Shown piece by piece: positions 8,801 to 17,605 of a stretch of DNA of 64,000 nucleotides. Within the stretch, counting starts at the first letter, position 1. Each line of letters starts with the position of its first letter. The position numbers and the translations under genes are program-made. Below the pieces are notes generated by a model that worked only from the letters and a program-made list of their open reading frames with translations, was not told where the DNA came from and did not search any database. The stretch spans positions 1,770-65,769 of the forward strand of contig CAVKIG010000001.1 of NCBI GenBank assembly GCA_963656415.1. The letters run 5' to 3'. The DNA comes from a bacterium. Its GTDB lineage: Bacteria > Bacillota > Clostridia > Christensenellales > CAG-917.

Positions 8801-9411
8801 TGCTTTTGAATTTCGTCGATAAGTTGATTTGCCGTGTCGAGATTGACCGCAGTCTTTTCAAGTTTGCGCTCCGCTTCCGTTCTTTGCGCGCGGAATTTGG
8901 AAATACCTGCCGCTTCTTCGAATATCTGACGACGATCTCCCGGCTTTGCAGACATGATTTCGGCAACTCTACCCTGTCCTATGATGGAATAACCTTCCTT
9001 GCCGATACCGGTGTCGTGGAAAAGGGAGATGACGTCGCGCATACGAACGCGATTGTGGTTTATGTAATATTCCGAAAGTCCGCTTCTGTCGAGTTTTCTC
9101 GTGATAACCACTTCGTCGAAAGGCATCGTCGGGAAAATATGTTGGTCGGAGTTGTTGAACGTGAGCGACACTTCGCAATAAGACATGCTCTTACGCTTTT
9201 CCGTACCTGCGAAAATAACGTCCTGCATGTTTTTGCCGCGCAAAGATTTCGCACTCTGTTCACCGAGCGTCCAACGGATAGCGTCCGCAACGTTTGACTT
9301 ACCGCACCCGTTCGGTCCGATAATAGCCGTTACGCCTTCCTGAAACGGAATTTCGATTTTATCCGCAAAGGATTTGAAACCCCTTGCTTCGATTTTGACG
9401 AAATTTAACAA
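5821..9411 (-). CDS. smc: Chromosome segregation protein SMC
   Basis: ORF 5821..9492. GFKSFADKIEIPF...GPNGCGKSN Walker A, long coiled coils, hinge, LSGGEQALTAI signature and VLDEIEAALD Walker B. Start moved to TTG at 9411 (M-LNFVKIEARGFKSF) with AAGGCGG 9 nt upstream. The longer ORF would read through the predicted promoter. Confidence 0.9.
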   Translation of the reverse strand: MLNFVKIEARGFKSFADKIEIPFQEGVTAIIGPNGCGKSNVADAIRWTLGEQSAKSLRGKNMQDVIFAGTEKRKSMSYCEVSLTFNNSDQHIFPTMPFDEVVITRKLDRSGLSEYYINHNRVRMRDVISLFHDTGIGKEGYSIIGQGRVAEIMSAKPGDRRQIFEEAAGISKFRAQRTEAERKLEKTAVNLDTANQLIDEIQKQINPLRRQAETAQKYFELKSELKKNEVNLYIYNYENNQSIKEKINAKIDKAQTELKIREMQLAECVKKYDDCMRELAGIDRVYDDANGELLSLKVDAAKIEGQAGILKERINHIQGEITRLNSELQSIDNQLIVSGQLIQKAEEKKESEFQAFLLAKQEADALEAKYSTLTRTLAGSETDLEARNNEYVRAIEELGALKTNLSSIVAEKGINDERAKNLLELVNQQKARLDEELTNLSIYDGNVKSTKERMRQVMSEYNETLSAKMECQEAIKSYGEDVLALNQKLAIVLGNLNLATSIKNDYAGYQEAVKRLMQDSKHDPVLESKIMGVMAEVITVPSDFEAAIEYALGGAMQNVLVENENDARDLINYLKQKGYGRITFRPLTSCRPRPIAPEHRGILTEPGCYGLASDLIKYDKKFDGFVQTLLGSTVVVNNIDNAIRIFKKYNQAVKIVTLDGEIFSRGGEITGGSRRSQTNGLLAQEKKIEQYQASLEKIKNNIALLDKQKEEREQELKDCEERIESLNKEIGELRIDNGLNEDKAKQAFEVTEALKAEIAEKAKEYEVVKARIKELDEKVSSIDELEKIVNERKEEYTSLLESSKNTSSEQKSERETMMTQVTEMRVKLAGYKANLDSIDQELNRYNREKQSLEEDKIDCIADLKREEQNLANIENAPEKTQFSKEDEERIAILEKQITEFSERKQTLTETIKNLDAEKTRLTEEKSKLGEDKVRAEGMLEQVDIEIRNQQQHILEEYDLTYSSCLEFKDPEFKSYGALTVISDLKKSINRLGDVNPLALQTLQETEARLQEQVTYRDDIQKAYDDIVTIINELTGEMQTKFTDAFSQISENFKEVFQQLFGGGKGELRLNMQDTDDPLEAGIDIYAQPPGKKLQNISLLSGGEQALTAISILFAILKLKPMPFCVLDEIEAALDDANVNLFAEFLKKFSDYTQFIVITHRKPTMRHADTIFGVTMEEKGVTKIVSIEFEDAVKHAK

Positions 9412-9442
9412 GTTACTATACCGCCTTATTATAATCTTAATA

Positions 9443-9471
9443 ATTTTAGCATATAAAAACGCATTTTTCAA
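9443..9471 (-). promoter_or_regulatory. Sigma-A-type promoter of smc (TTGAAA-17-TAAAAT)
   Basis: Minus strand: -35 at 9471..9466 and -10 at 9448..9443, about 30 nt upstream of the TTG start at 9411. Confidence 0.55.
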
Positions 9472-9484
9472 GCGGTTTTTAAGA

Positions 9485-9518
9485 TGTTTCACAATTGTTT
9501 CACACTATCCGTGAAACA
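9485..9518. promoter_or_regulatory. TGTTTCAC / GTGAAACA octamer cluster upstream of the smc promoter
   Basis: TGTTTCAC at 9485-9492 and 9496-9503, GTGAAACA at 9511-9518. The last two form a perfect 8+8 palindrome with a 7-bp spacer. A fourth copy, GTGAAACA, lies at 9600-9607. Confidence 0.5.
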
Positions 9519-9693
9519 TTAAAACATCATTTTGATAAAACGACAATTTAATCGCATTAGAATATAGAAAAACCGCAATTATAACAAAATCGCGGTTTTG
9601 TGAAACATTTTGATATTTATAATCGATTTTTGTTTTTCAAGTACAATTAATCAAATAACGCAACGATTAGGACTATTAAATCCGACAAGAAAA

Positions 9694-10647
9694 TCATAAT
9701 TCGATTTTTTCAAGAGCTTGTTTTGCGGCAATTTGTTCCGCTTCACGTTTCGTTTTGCCTTCTCCCACGCCTGCAACGAAGGTGTTAACCTTCACTTCCA
9801 CGACGAAAGTCGGATTGTGTGCGGGACCTGTTCGTTTCAACTCTTCGTACGATACGGAAACGTCGTTGCGTGAAGCAAATTCGTTGAGTTTGCTCTTGTA
9901 GTCGTCAACCCCGACGTGTTTGCCTTTTCCGTTCAGCAAATCGGCAAGTTTTGACAAAATAAATTTTTCGGCGCTATCTATACTTCCGCTGTCAAGATAA
10001 ATTGCTGCTATCACCGCTTCGAATATGTCGGACATCGTCTTTTGTCCGTTGCTTATTGCCTTTGCGTTTTCGCCTTTGCCGACTATAAGATAATTTTCAA
10101 GCCCCAACTTCGCCACTTCTTCGGCGAGTGGTTCTTTTGATACGATTTGTGCGCGCAAGCGCGTCAATGCGCCTTCGTGAGCGTCGGGATTGATTTCCAT
10201 AAGACGTTTTGCAATCACAAAATCGAGAATACTGTCGCCGAGAAATTCGAGAGACTGATAGTTTTTCGTCGCGCTTTGCTCTTTAGATCCGTGCGTGAAA
10301 GCGCGCTCTAACAATCTTCTGTCCTTAAAAGTGTATCCGACAATCTTCTCTATCTCTCTGACCGTGCCGTCGCTCATCGTTTCGCAAGGGATAAACGTTT
10401 CCTTTTCAGGCTGTTTTTTGTCTTGAAAACTTTTTTGCGAGTCGCTAATACTCGAATATCTCACAACGCCTTTCTTCTTTGCGTTTTCAGCGGATTTTTT
10501 TGCAAAATCGTAACGTTTTTTACCGTTTGAATTTTGCGTATTCTTTTTTAGGCGTGCGTTTTTATCCTGCGAAAAGTCGCCGTTTCTTTTAGAAACGGCA
10601 GAGTTGCGTGTGCTATTGTCGTTTTTGCTTTCAAAATCGTTTTTCAT
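9694..10647 (-). CDS. rnc: Ribonuclease III with a ~90-aa Lys-rich N-terminal extension
   Basis: The RNase III core runs from IEKIVGYTFKDRRLLERAFTHGS and includes the NYQSLEFLGDSILD signature and a C-terminal dsRBD. The only candidate start with gene coupling is the ATG at 10647, 4 nt after the plsX stop. Confidence 0.85.
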   Translation of the reverse strand: MKNDFESKNDNSTRNSAVSKRNGDFSQDKNARLKKNTQNSNGKKRYDFAKKSAENAKKKGVVRYSSISDSQKSFQDKKQPEKETFIPCETMSDGTVREIEKIVGYTFKDRRLLERAFTHGSKEQSATKNYQSLEFLGDSILDFVIAKRLMEINPDAHEGALTRLRAQIVSKEPLAEEVAKLGLENYLIVGKGENAKAISNGQKTMSDIFEAVIAAIYLDSGSIDSAEKFILSKLADLLNGKGKHVGVDDYKSKLNEFASRNDVSVSYEELKRTGPAHNPTFVVEVKVNTFVAGVGEGKTKREAEQIAAKQALEKIEL

Positions 10648-10651
10648 AACT

Positions 10652-11680
10652 TTACGCTTCGGCTTCGTCTTTGAGTGCGTCTATGCCGTCTTTTATGGTT
10701 TTGGGAACGTTACGTTCCGCCAAAGATTTTGCTTGCAATATGCTTGCGGTGATAGATTTCGCCTTCGAAGAGCCGTGAGATTTCACCACTACCTTGTTCA
10801 CGCCAAGGAAGCACGCGCCGCCGTGCGCGTTATAGTCCATTTTCTTTTGGACTTTCTTAAAGACGGGTTTTAAGAGCAGTGCGCCGATTTTCGAGCGAAG
10901 TCCACCGCTATACACGCCTTCTTTTATGAGAGAAAGCATCGTTTTTGCAGTGCCTTCTGCCGATTTGAGCGCGATATTGCCGTTGAAACCGTCGGATACG
11001 ACAACGTCGAAATCTCCCGAAAGAATGTCGCGCGCTTCGCAATTTCCGACAAAGTTTATACCTTTCGTTTCCGAAAGCAATTTGTACGTTTCTTGCGTTA
11101 GTTCATTGCCCTTATGCGCTTCCGCTCCGTTGTTGAGAAGCCCTACCCTTGCCTTTTTCACACCGAGCATCGCTTCTGCGTATGCGCTTGCCATAATCGC
11201 GAAGTGTTGCAGATTTACCGGCTTGCAATCGACGTTTGCGCCGCAATCGCAAAGCACGACGCCGTTTCCTTTGAGAGTGGGAAGCACGGGCGCGAGCGCA
11301 GGACGAGATACGCCCTTTATTCTGCCCACTTTCATAAATGCGCCGACGAGAACGGCGCCCGTTGATCCGGCGGATACGAAACCGCCTGCGTTTTCGTCGC
11401 TCATAAGCAAATCGAACGCTTTCACGAGCGAACTTTCTTTCTTCGTTTTTATAGCCATCGTCGGAGATTCGTCGTTGCTTATCACGTCCCCTGCGTCAAC
11501 GATTTCTATTCTTTCCTTATCGTATTTGCCGTCGCTTTCGGAAAGTACGGCGTCGATATCGTTCTTTTTGCCGACGAGAACGACAGACAAATCTTTATCT
11601 GCTTTGATGGCTTCGATTGCGCCAATGACTATTTGTTCGGGAGCGTTGTCACCGCCCATTGCGTCAACGATAATTTTCAT
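10652..11680 (-). CDS. plsX: Phosphate acyltransferase PlsX
   Basis: MKIIVDAMGGDNAPEQIV N-terminus. The ATG at 11680 is preceded by GGGTGGT. Confidence 0.9.
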   Translation of the reverse strand: MKIIVDAMGGDNAPEQIVIGAIEAIKADKDLSVVLVGKKNDIDAVLSESDGKYDKERIEIVDAGDVISNDESPTMAIKTKKESSLVKAFDLLMSDENAGGFVSAGSTGAVLVGAFMKVGRIKGVSRPALAPVLPTLKGNGVVLCDCGANVDCKPVNLQHFAIMASAYAEAMLGVKKARVGLLNNGAEAHKGNELTQETYKLLSETKGINFVGNCEARDILSGDFDVVVSDGFNGNIALKSAEGTAKTMLSLIKEGVYSGGLRSKIGALLLKPVFKKVQKKMDYNAHGGACFLGVNKVVVKSHGSSKAKSITASILQAKSLAERNVPKTIKDGIDALKDEAEA

Positions 11681-11814
11681 ATACCACCCAAGCGCGCACG
11701 AGCGCGCGTCGTTTATTTCTATTTCGATAGTTATTATATCAAACAATAAACAATATATCAAGAAAAAAGGCGATATGCGTTTGCATATCGCCTATTACTT
11801 GCAACGATTCTCGA

Positions 11815-12000
11815 TTACTTCTCGCTCTTTTTTTGAACGACTTGTTCACCATCATAGTATCCGCACTTCGGGCATACTTGGTGGCTCTTTTTAAGTTCGT
11901 GGCATTGCGGGCATTCTACGAGACCCGGGGTTTTGAGTTTCCAGTTTGCAAAACGGGAATTCGTTTTTGATTTCGAAACTTTATTTTTAGGTACTGCCAT
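11815..12000 (-). CDS. rpmF: 50S ribosomal protein L32
   Basis: MAVPKNKVSKSKTNSR... with the CPQC...CPKC zinc ribbon. GGAGG RBS. Confidence 0.95.
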   Translation of the reverse strand: MAVPKNKVSKSKTNSRFANWKLKTPGLVECPQCHELKKSHQVCPKCGYYDGEQVVQKKSEK

Positions 12001-12047
12001 CTTCTTACCTCCAATTTGTACAACTGTTGCTTTTACACAGCGTTTTG

Positions 12048-12076
12048 ATTATATAAAATATACATAAATATGTCAA
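12048..12076 (-). promoter_or_regulatory. Sigma-A-type promoter of rpmF (TTGACA-17-TATAAT)
   Basis: Consensus hexamers on the minus strand with a 17-bp spacer. Confidence 0.65.
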
Positions 12077-12190
12077 ACGCTTTTTGAAAAGTTGACGATA
12101 AATATGCATATTTTTTGCATTTTCGGACGATTTGACCTTTATTTTTGTCTTATCGTCCGAAAATTCATCGTATTGTTTATTTCGTTTTGC

Positions 12191-13384
12191 TTATTTTGCG
12201 GTGAGATGCAAAGTTTCTCTTGCTATTGAGAGTTCTTCGTTGGTGGGAAGAATGATAACTTTGACCTTACTGTCGGGCTTGGAGATTTCTCTCACGCCGT
12301 CGCCGCGTCCCTTGTTTGCTTCGAAGTCGAAGTCAACGCCGAGATATTCCATATCGCTCATCACAAGCGCGCGCATAAGGTCGCTATGCTCACCAATGCC
12401 GCCCGTAAACACGATTGCGTCAACGCCGTTGAGCACCGCAGCGTAAGAGCCGATATATTTCTTGATGCGATATGCCGCAACTTCAACCGCAAGTTTTGCC
12501 TTTTCATTGCCTTCGTTTATCGCACTTTCAAGGTCGCGCATATCCGAACTCAATTCGCTAACGCCGAGCATACCGCATTTTTTGTTGAGATATTGCACGA
12601 GTTCTTCGGGCGTCATATTGAGTTTTGCACGGATATATTCGCTTGCCGCAGGGTCGATATCGCCCGAGCGAGTGCCCATAACGAGACCTTCGAGCGGCGT
12701 GAATCCCATTGACGTATCAAGGCATTTTCCGTCTTTGACGGCAGAAATGGAAGAGCCGTTGCCGAGATGGCAGACGATAATCTTGCTTTCTTTCTTGCCG
12801 AGAAGTTTGATTGTCTCTTCACTGACGAATTTGTGAGAAGTGCCGTGGAAACCGTACTTTCTCACCTTGTATTGTTCGTATACCGAATACGGAATGCCGT
12901 ACATATACGCTTTTGCAGGCATCGTGCTGTGGAAAGTGGTGTCGAACACCGCAACCATAGGCACACCGGGCATAACTTCTCTGCAACTCTTTATGCAAGC
13001 GATGTTGCCGGGCATATGGAGCGGACCGAGCTCCGCATTCTTTTCACAAATGCGGATAACTTCGTCGTCGATAACCACGGAAGAATCGAAGTCTTCACCG
13101 CTATGAAGAACTCTGTGTCCGACCGCACCGATTTCGGATATAGATTTGATTGCACCGTAGTTTTCGTCAACCATTGCTTTGAGCACGAGTTCGATTGCTT
13201 CGGTGTGATTCTTCATATCTTGCTTGATATTGAGTTTTCTGCCGTCTGCCGTCTTTTGAGTGAGCTCGCCGCCCGTGAACGTGATACGCTCGCAAATTCC
13301 TTTGCAAAGCACTTCTTCGTTCTGCATGTCGATGAGTTGGTATTTAAGAGACGAACTGCCTGCGTTGATAACGAGAATTTTCAT
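12191..13384 (-). CDS. ackA: Acetate kinase
   Basis: MKILVINAGSSSLKYQL N-terminus. Full-length 397 aa, adjacent to pta. Confidence 0.95.
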   Translation of the reverse strand: MKILVINAGSSSLKYQLIDMQNEEVLCKGICERITFTGGELTQKTADGRKLNIKQDMKNHTEAIELVLKAMVDENYGAIKSISEIGAVGHRVLHSGEDFDSSVVIDDEVIRICEKNAELGPLHMPGNIACIKSCREVMPGVPMVAVFDTTFHSTMPAKAYMYGIPYSVYEQYKVRKYGFHGTSHKFVSEETIKLLGKKESKIIVCHLGNGSSISAVKDGKCLDTSMGFTPLEGLVMGTRSGDIDPAASEYIRAKLNMTPEELVQYLNKKCGMLGVSELSSDMRDLESAINEGNEKAKLAVEVAAYRIKKYIGSYAAVLNGVDAIVFTGGIGEHSDLMRALVMSDMEYLGVDFDFEANKGRGDGVREISKPDSKVKVIILPTNEELSIARETLHLTAK

Positions 13385-13395
13385 TTGTAAACTCC

Positions 13396-14397
13396 TTAGT
13401 CTTTAACCGATTGCAAAGCGGTGATTGCCGCGACTGCCGCAATGTCTTCTGCCACGCAACCGCGGCTGAGATCGTTGACGGGAAGTGCAAGACCTTGCAT
13501 GATCGGTCCTATTGCCATGCAGTTGCCGAAACGTTGTGCAAGTTTGTAGCCGATGTTGCCTGCGTCGAGATTCGGGAAAACGAGAACGTTTGCTTGTCCC
13601 GCAACTTCGCTGCCGGGTGCTTTTTGTGCCGCTACGCTGTCAACCAAAGACGCGTCGAGTTGAAGTTCGCCGTCAACCTTGATTTCGGGATGTTCCGCTT
13701 TGACTTTTTCATATGCCGTGCGCACTTTGTCGATAGATTCGTGTTTTGCACTTCCTTTCGTCGAGAAAGAAAGCATTGCGATTTTCGGTTCCATTTCGCA
13801 AATCTTCTTTGCGCTGTCTGCCGCCGCAACCACGATGTCGGAGAGTTGGTCGCTCGTGGGATACGGAATAACCGCGCAGTCCGAGAAGATGTATGCGGGA
13901 TATTTCTTATATTTGAACTCTTCGGGCGGAACCATGACGAAGCAACTGGACACCGAACTGATGCCGGGTGCCGCTTTGATAACCTGGAATGCCGCTCTAG
14001 ACACGTCTGCAGAGCTGAACACCGCACCGCCCACGACGCCGTCCACGTCGCCGCGCTTCAACGCTACGCACGCATAGAACATATTGTTGGTCGTGACGAT
14101 ATTGAGCGCTTGTTCTTCGGTCATGCCTTTTGCTTTGCGAAGTTCAAAAAGAGTGTTTGCGTAGTCCGCTCTGTGATCGCTGGTCTTGGGATCGTCAAAG
14201 GACACGCCCGTGAAGTCGATTTCGGGGAATTTCGCCTTGATTTCGTCTTCGTTGCCGATAAGAACGACTTTGCACACGCCCTTCTTGGTCAGAATTTCCG
14301 CTGCTTTTACGGCACGAACGTCAGTGCCTTCGGCAAGAGCGATGGTTTTGTTGAGTTTGCTTGCTCTGTTCATCAGGTTTTCGACAAATTGCGTCAT
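13396..14397 (-). CDS. pta: Phosphate acetyltransferase
   Basis: 333-aa short Pta type, with N-terminal IALAEGTDVRAVKAAE and C-terminal DLSRGC motifs. Confidence 0.9.
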   Translation of the reverse strand: MTQFVENLMNRASKLNKTIALAEGTDVRAVKAAEILTKKGVCKVVLIGNEDEIKAKFPEIDFTGVSFDDPKTSDHRADYANTLFELRKAKGMTEEQALNIVTTNNMFYACVALKRGDVDGVVGGAVFSSADVSRAAFQVIKAAPGISSVSSCFVMVPPEEFKYKKYPAYIFSDCAVIPYPTSDQLSDIVVAAADSAKKICEMEPKIAMLSFSTKGSAKHESIDKVRTAYEKVKAEHPEIKVDGELQLDASLVDSVAAQKAPGSEVAGQANVLVFPNLDAGNIGYKLAQRFGNCMAIGPIMQGLALPVNDLSRGCVAEDIAAVAAITALQSVKD

Positions 14398-14497
14398 ATA
14401 AAACTCCTAATACGTTGCAATTGATTGCAATTGTTTTATTTTCAGTTATAATTATAAGTACTTAAAAAATAAAAAGCAAACAAAATGGAGCAGTATT

Positions 14498-15592
14498 TTG
14501 AAAATAACCGCCGTCATAGCAGAATATAACCCGTTTCACAACGGACATCTCAAACAACTCAAAAAAGCGAAACGCGAAACGGACGCGGACGTGCTTGTGG
14601 TTGTGATGAGCGGCTCGTTCACTCAGCACGGCGATTTGTGCGTTTTAGACAAATATACGCGCGCAAACTGGGCTTTGCAGGCAGGTGCGGATTTGGTGCT
14701 CGAACTTCCCACCGTCTACTCTCTCTCTGCCGCAAAAGGCTTTGCCGAAGGCGCGTTGAAAACCTTGTCCATGCTCGGTGAGTTTACGCTCTCTTTCGGC
14801 ACGGAAACGGATGAGCTCGAAGACTTGAATATGGCGGCAGAGTTTATGGCAAGCGAGTCAAAAGACGTATCCAATCTGCTCAAAGGCTATTTGTCGGAAG
14901 GATATTCCGTTGCAAAGTCGCGCACTCTCGCACTTGACAAAATACGTCCCGATATCTCGAATATGCTTCAATCCCCCAACAACATTTTGGCGGTCGAATA
15001 TATGAAAGCAGGCGCGGCGTACGGTGGCAAGGTGCAATATCATTCCGTCGAGCGCAAACCCGACGACGGTAAAAAGTATCTTTCTTCAACCAAAATACGC
15101 GATTTGATGCGTCAAAACGCCGACGTGTCGGCTTTCGTTCCGCCATTCGTGGATTTGACGAGCGTTACGAGCGTTGAGAAATACAACACAATCTCCACTT
15201 ATGCCATGAAAGCGATGACCGCCGACGAACTCAGAGAAATCGCCAACATCAGCGAAGGCATGGAAAACCGCATAAGTCAGGCGTCGTTCACAAATATGGA
15301 CGAATATCTTTCGCTCACGAGCAAACGCTACACCCGTTCGACGATAAAGCGCATTGCGGCGTGTGCGACGATAGGTCTCAAAAAAGAACTCATCACTCTT
15401 GCAAAAGACGAAAAACCGTACTGCACCGTACTTGCATGCAAACCGTCAAAGAAAAAAGCGTTGTTCGCGCTTCTTGCATCGGCGGACGGATATTTCTACT
15501 TCAAGCCCAGTGACTGCGAAAAGTCGTCCCCGGTAAGACCGCTTATAGACCTTGACGAGAAAGCGGCAAAGATACTGAAGCTTTGCTATTGA
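14498..15592 (+). CDS. tmcAL: tRNA(Met) cytidine acetate ligase (YlbM/UPF0348 nucleotidyltransferase)
   Basis: The N-terminus, from the TTG start through AVIAEYNPFHNGHLKQL, carries the HxGH nucleotidyltransferase motif. TTG start with GGAG 8 nt upstream. Next to ylbJ as in B. subtilis. Confidence 0.8.
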   Translation: MKITAVIAEYNPFHNGHLKQLKKAKRETDADVLVVVMSGSFTQHGDLCVLDKYTRANWALQAGADLVLELPTVYSLSAAKGFAEGALKTLSMLGEFTLSFGTETDELEDLNMAAEFMASESKDVSNLLKGYLSEGYSVAKSRTLALDKIRPDISNMLQSPNNILAVEYMKAGAAYGGKVQYHSVERKPDDGKKYLSSTKIRDLMRQNADVSAFVPPFVDLTSVTSVEKYNTISTYAMKAMTADELREIANISEGMENRISQASFTNMDEYLSLTSKRYTRSTIKRIAACATIGLKKELITLAKDEKPYCTVLACKPSKKKALFALLASADGYFYFKPSDCEKSSPVRPLIDLDEKAAKILKLCY

Positions 15593-15785
15593 AACTCTTT
15601 TAGCGAAACAAAGCGATAATTTCAATGAAAAGCGGATATAGCGAACAGAAAAACTGATAATCCGCTTGCGAATATCAGAAAGTCTAATAATTGTCGCACA
15701 AAATTTCGATATAACAATAAAAATACGTGGGCGCGCAAAAACTGCGCGCTCATATTTATTTTGCAAAGCAAGTATATATTAAACC

Positions 15786-16748
15786 GTGAAGATAAACGTC
15801 AAAGCGTACGCACCAAAAGCGTTCGGTTGCATAGGCATACTGGCATTTATGGCTTTTATGCTTGCAAAACCCGAATATTATCTGGACTCGGCAAGAAAAG
15901 GACTCGCATTGTTTGCCACGAGCGTGTTGCCCTCGCTTTTCCCCTTCTATTTCTGCTCGTTGCTTTTGACGTATTCGGGAGCGGTCGGCGCAATATCCAA
16001 ACTCGGAGAAAAGCCCGTAAAACTTATGTACAATGCGCCAAAAGAAAGCGCATACGCACTGTTTTTGAGTATGCTTTGCGGATACCCTGTCGGCGCAAGC
16101 ACTATTTGCGAACTATACGAATCGGGCATACTCACAACGTCCGACGCAAAAAAAGCGTGCGCGTTTTGTTCGACTTCCGGACCTATATTTATGATAGGCA
16201 CGATAGGCGGCGCGATATTCCACGACGGGCGCATAGGTTGGATAGTGCTTTGTTCGCATTATATCGGCGCAATTCTCAACGGGCTTATATACCGTGCAAA
16301 AAAGGATAAGACGCAAAACGTCACGGCGATGCGTACGTACGACGTTGACGGCGTTATGTCGAAAGTCGTTTCAAAAGCCACCGTCAACATGCTTTACGTC
16401 GGCGGTTATATCGTGATTTGCGGCATGCTCGTGGACACGCTCTCTCTTATAGGTTTTGAAAACGCAACGTCTTCACTGCCGTCTCTTCTCGGTCAATCGC
16501 TGAACGCAATCGTTTACGGGCTTATAGAAATGACGCGCGGCGGCATTGCTTGCGCAAACGTCGGCGACGCTCAACTTGCCTGCGCGATAGCAAGCGGCAT
16601 AGTTTCGCTCGGCGGACTTTCGGTAACTCTTCAAAACTACACGTTTCTGTCAAAAGCAGGCGTCGGTTTTTTCGAGATGACGCTTCGAAAAGTCACGCAA
16701 TGTCTTATATCCGCTCTTTGCGCTTATCTTATAGGTTTTTCACTGTAA
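15786..16748 (+). CDS. ylbJ: Sporulation integral membrane protein YlbJ (nucleoside-recognition type)
   Basis: Multi-pass membrane protein. The N-terminal ...PEYYLDSARKGLALFATSVLPSLFPF parallels B. subtilis YlbJ. GTG start with no clear RBS. Confidence 0.7.
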   Translation: MKINVKAYAPKAFGCIGILAFMAFMLAKPEYYLDSARKGLALFATSVLPSLFPFYFCSLLLTYSGAVGAISKLGEKPVKLMYNAPKESAYALFLSMLCGYPVGASTICELYESGILTTSDAKKACAFCSTSGPIFMIGTIGGAIFHDGRIGWIVLCSHYIGAILNGLIYRAKKDKTQNVTAMRTYDVDGVMSKVVSKATVNMLYVGGYIVICGMLVDTLSLIGFENATSSLPSLLGQSLNAIVYGLIEMTRGGIACANVGDAQLACAIASGIVSLGGLSVTLQNYTFLSKAGVGFFEMTLRKVTQCLISALCAYLIGFSL

Positions 16749-16865
16749 AACGAGAAAAAGTGAAAAAGTGTGACACAAAATATTGACTTTTTGCTCGTTT
16801 GTCCTTTATTGTGTAGGCATGGAGTGATAAATTTCACTATATTTCACAAAAACAAGGAGAAAGTT

Positions 16866-17354
16866 ATGAACAAAAACTGGAGCAACACTGCACTTGTTGC
16901 TTATTCGCTTTTGCCAAAAATCGCAAAAGAACTCAACTCGGGCGTGGAAAGCCGCGTAAGATCGAGTTTTCAAAGCCGTCATCTGAAAATCGGCGTAAGC
17001 ACCGAACAATTAATAGGTGAAATCCTTGACCTGACAGAAGAAAAACGCAAAATCGTCAACCTGCGATTTATCGTAAAAAAGGCTCTCGACAAAATGGTTG
17101 ACGCCGACAGAGAAATACTCGTCGAACGAATAGTGCAAAAGAAAACCTTTCAGGAAATTGCCGACTCCCACAAAATCGCGCTCCGCACCGCTTTCAGACG
17201 AATAGCAAACGCCGAAGAAGATTTTGCAAACAATCTGCGACGATGCGGCTACACCGAAGACTGGCTCGAGAAAGAATACGGCAACGACAAATACATTGCT
17301 CCGATACACGAAAGAATAAAACAGGACAAATATTTCGTAGCAAAGAATTTATAA
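16866..17354 (+). CDS. Small sigma-70 region-4-like HTH protein (function unknown)
   Basis: ORF 16770..17354, trimmed to the ATG at 16866 with AAGGAGA 6 nt upstream. DREILVERIVQKKTFQEIADSHKIALRTAFRRIANAEEDF resembles a sigma region 4 / LuxR-like HTH. Confidence 0.45.
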   Translation: MNKNWSNTALVAYSLLPKIAKELNSGVESRVRSSFQSRHLKIGVSTEQLIGEILDLTEEKRKIVNLRFIVKKALDKMVDADREILVERIVQKKTFQEIADSHKIALRTAFRRIANAEEDFANNLRRCGYTEDWLEKEYGNDKYIAPIHERIKQDKYFVAKNL

Positions 17355-17498
17355 AACCCAACGATAAAAATTGAAAAAAAGCAAGAAACTGCGACGGCGG
17401 TTGTTTTCCTATTGCCTTTTTTCAAAAAACCGACGCTAAAATGCGACGATATTCGACAAATTGCGCGTTTCAAAATATTTGCACGAATTTTCACCATA

Positions 17499-17530
17499 TA
17501 AAAAAATCGGCATTGCAGCCGATTTTTTTT
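17499..17530. terminator. Bidirectional terminator between the sigma-like gene and the rluA-family gene
   Basis: AAAAAAATCGGC-ATTGCA-GCCGATTTTTTTT. Confidence 0.7.
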
Positions 17531-17605
17531 GCTTTCAAACCGAATATTTCTTTCGTCAAATCTCATACGATAATTTGACTTCATACTCTAAAAATACTTT
17601 TTCAA

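Noticed and set aside
9412-9492. A 27-codon N-terminal extension of SMC from GTG at 9492.
   Set aside because: It would run through the predicted smc promoter and the octamer cluster. The TTG at 9411 has a good RBS and gives the canonical SMC N-terminus.
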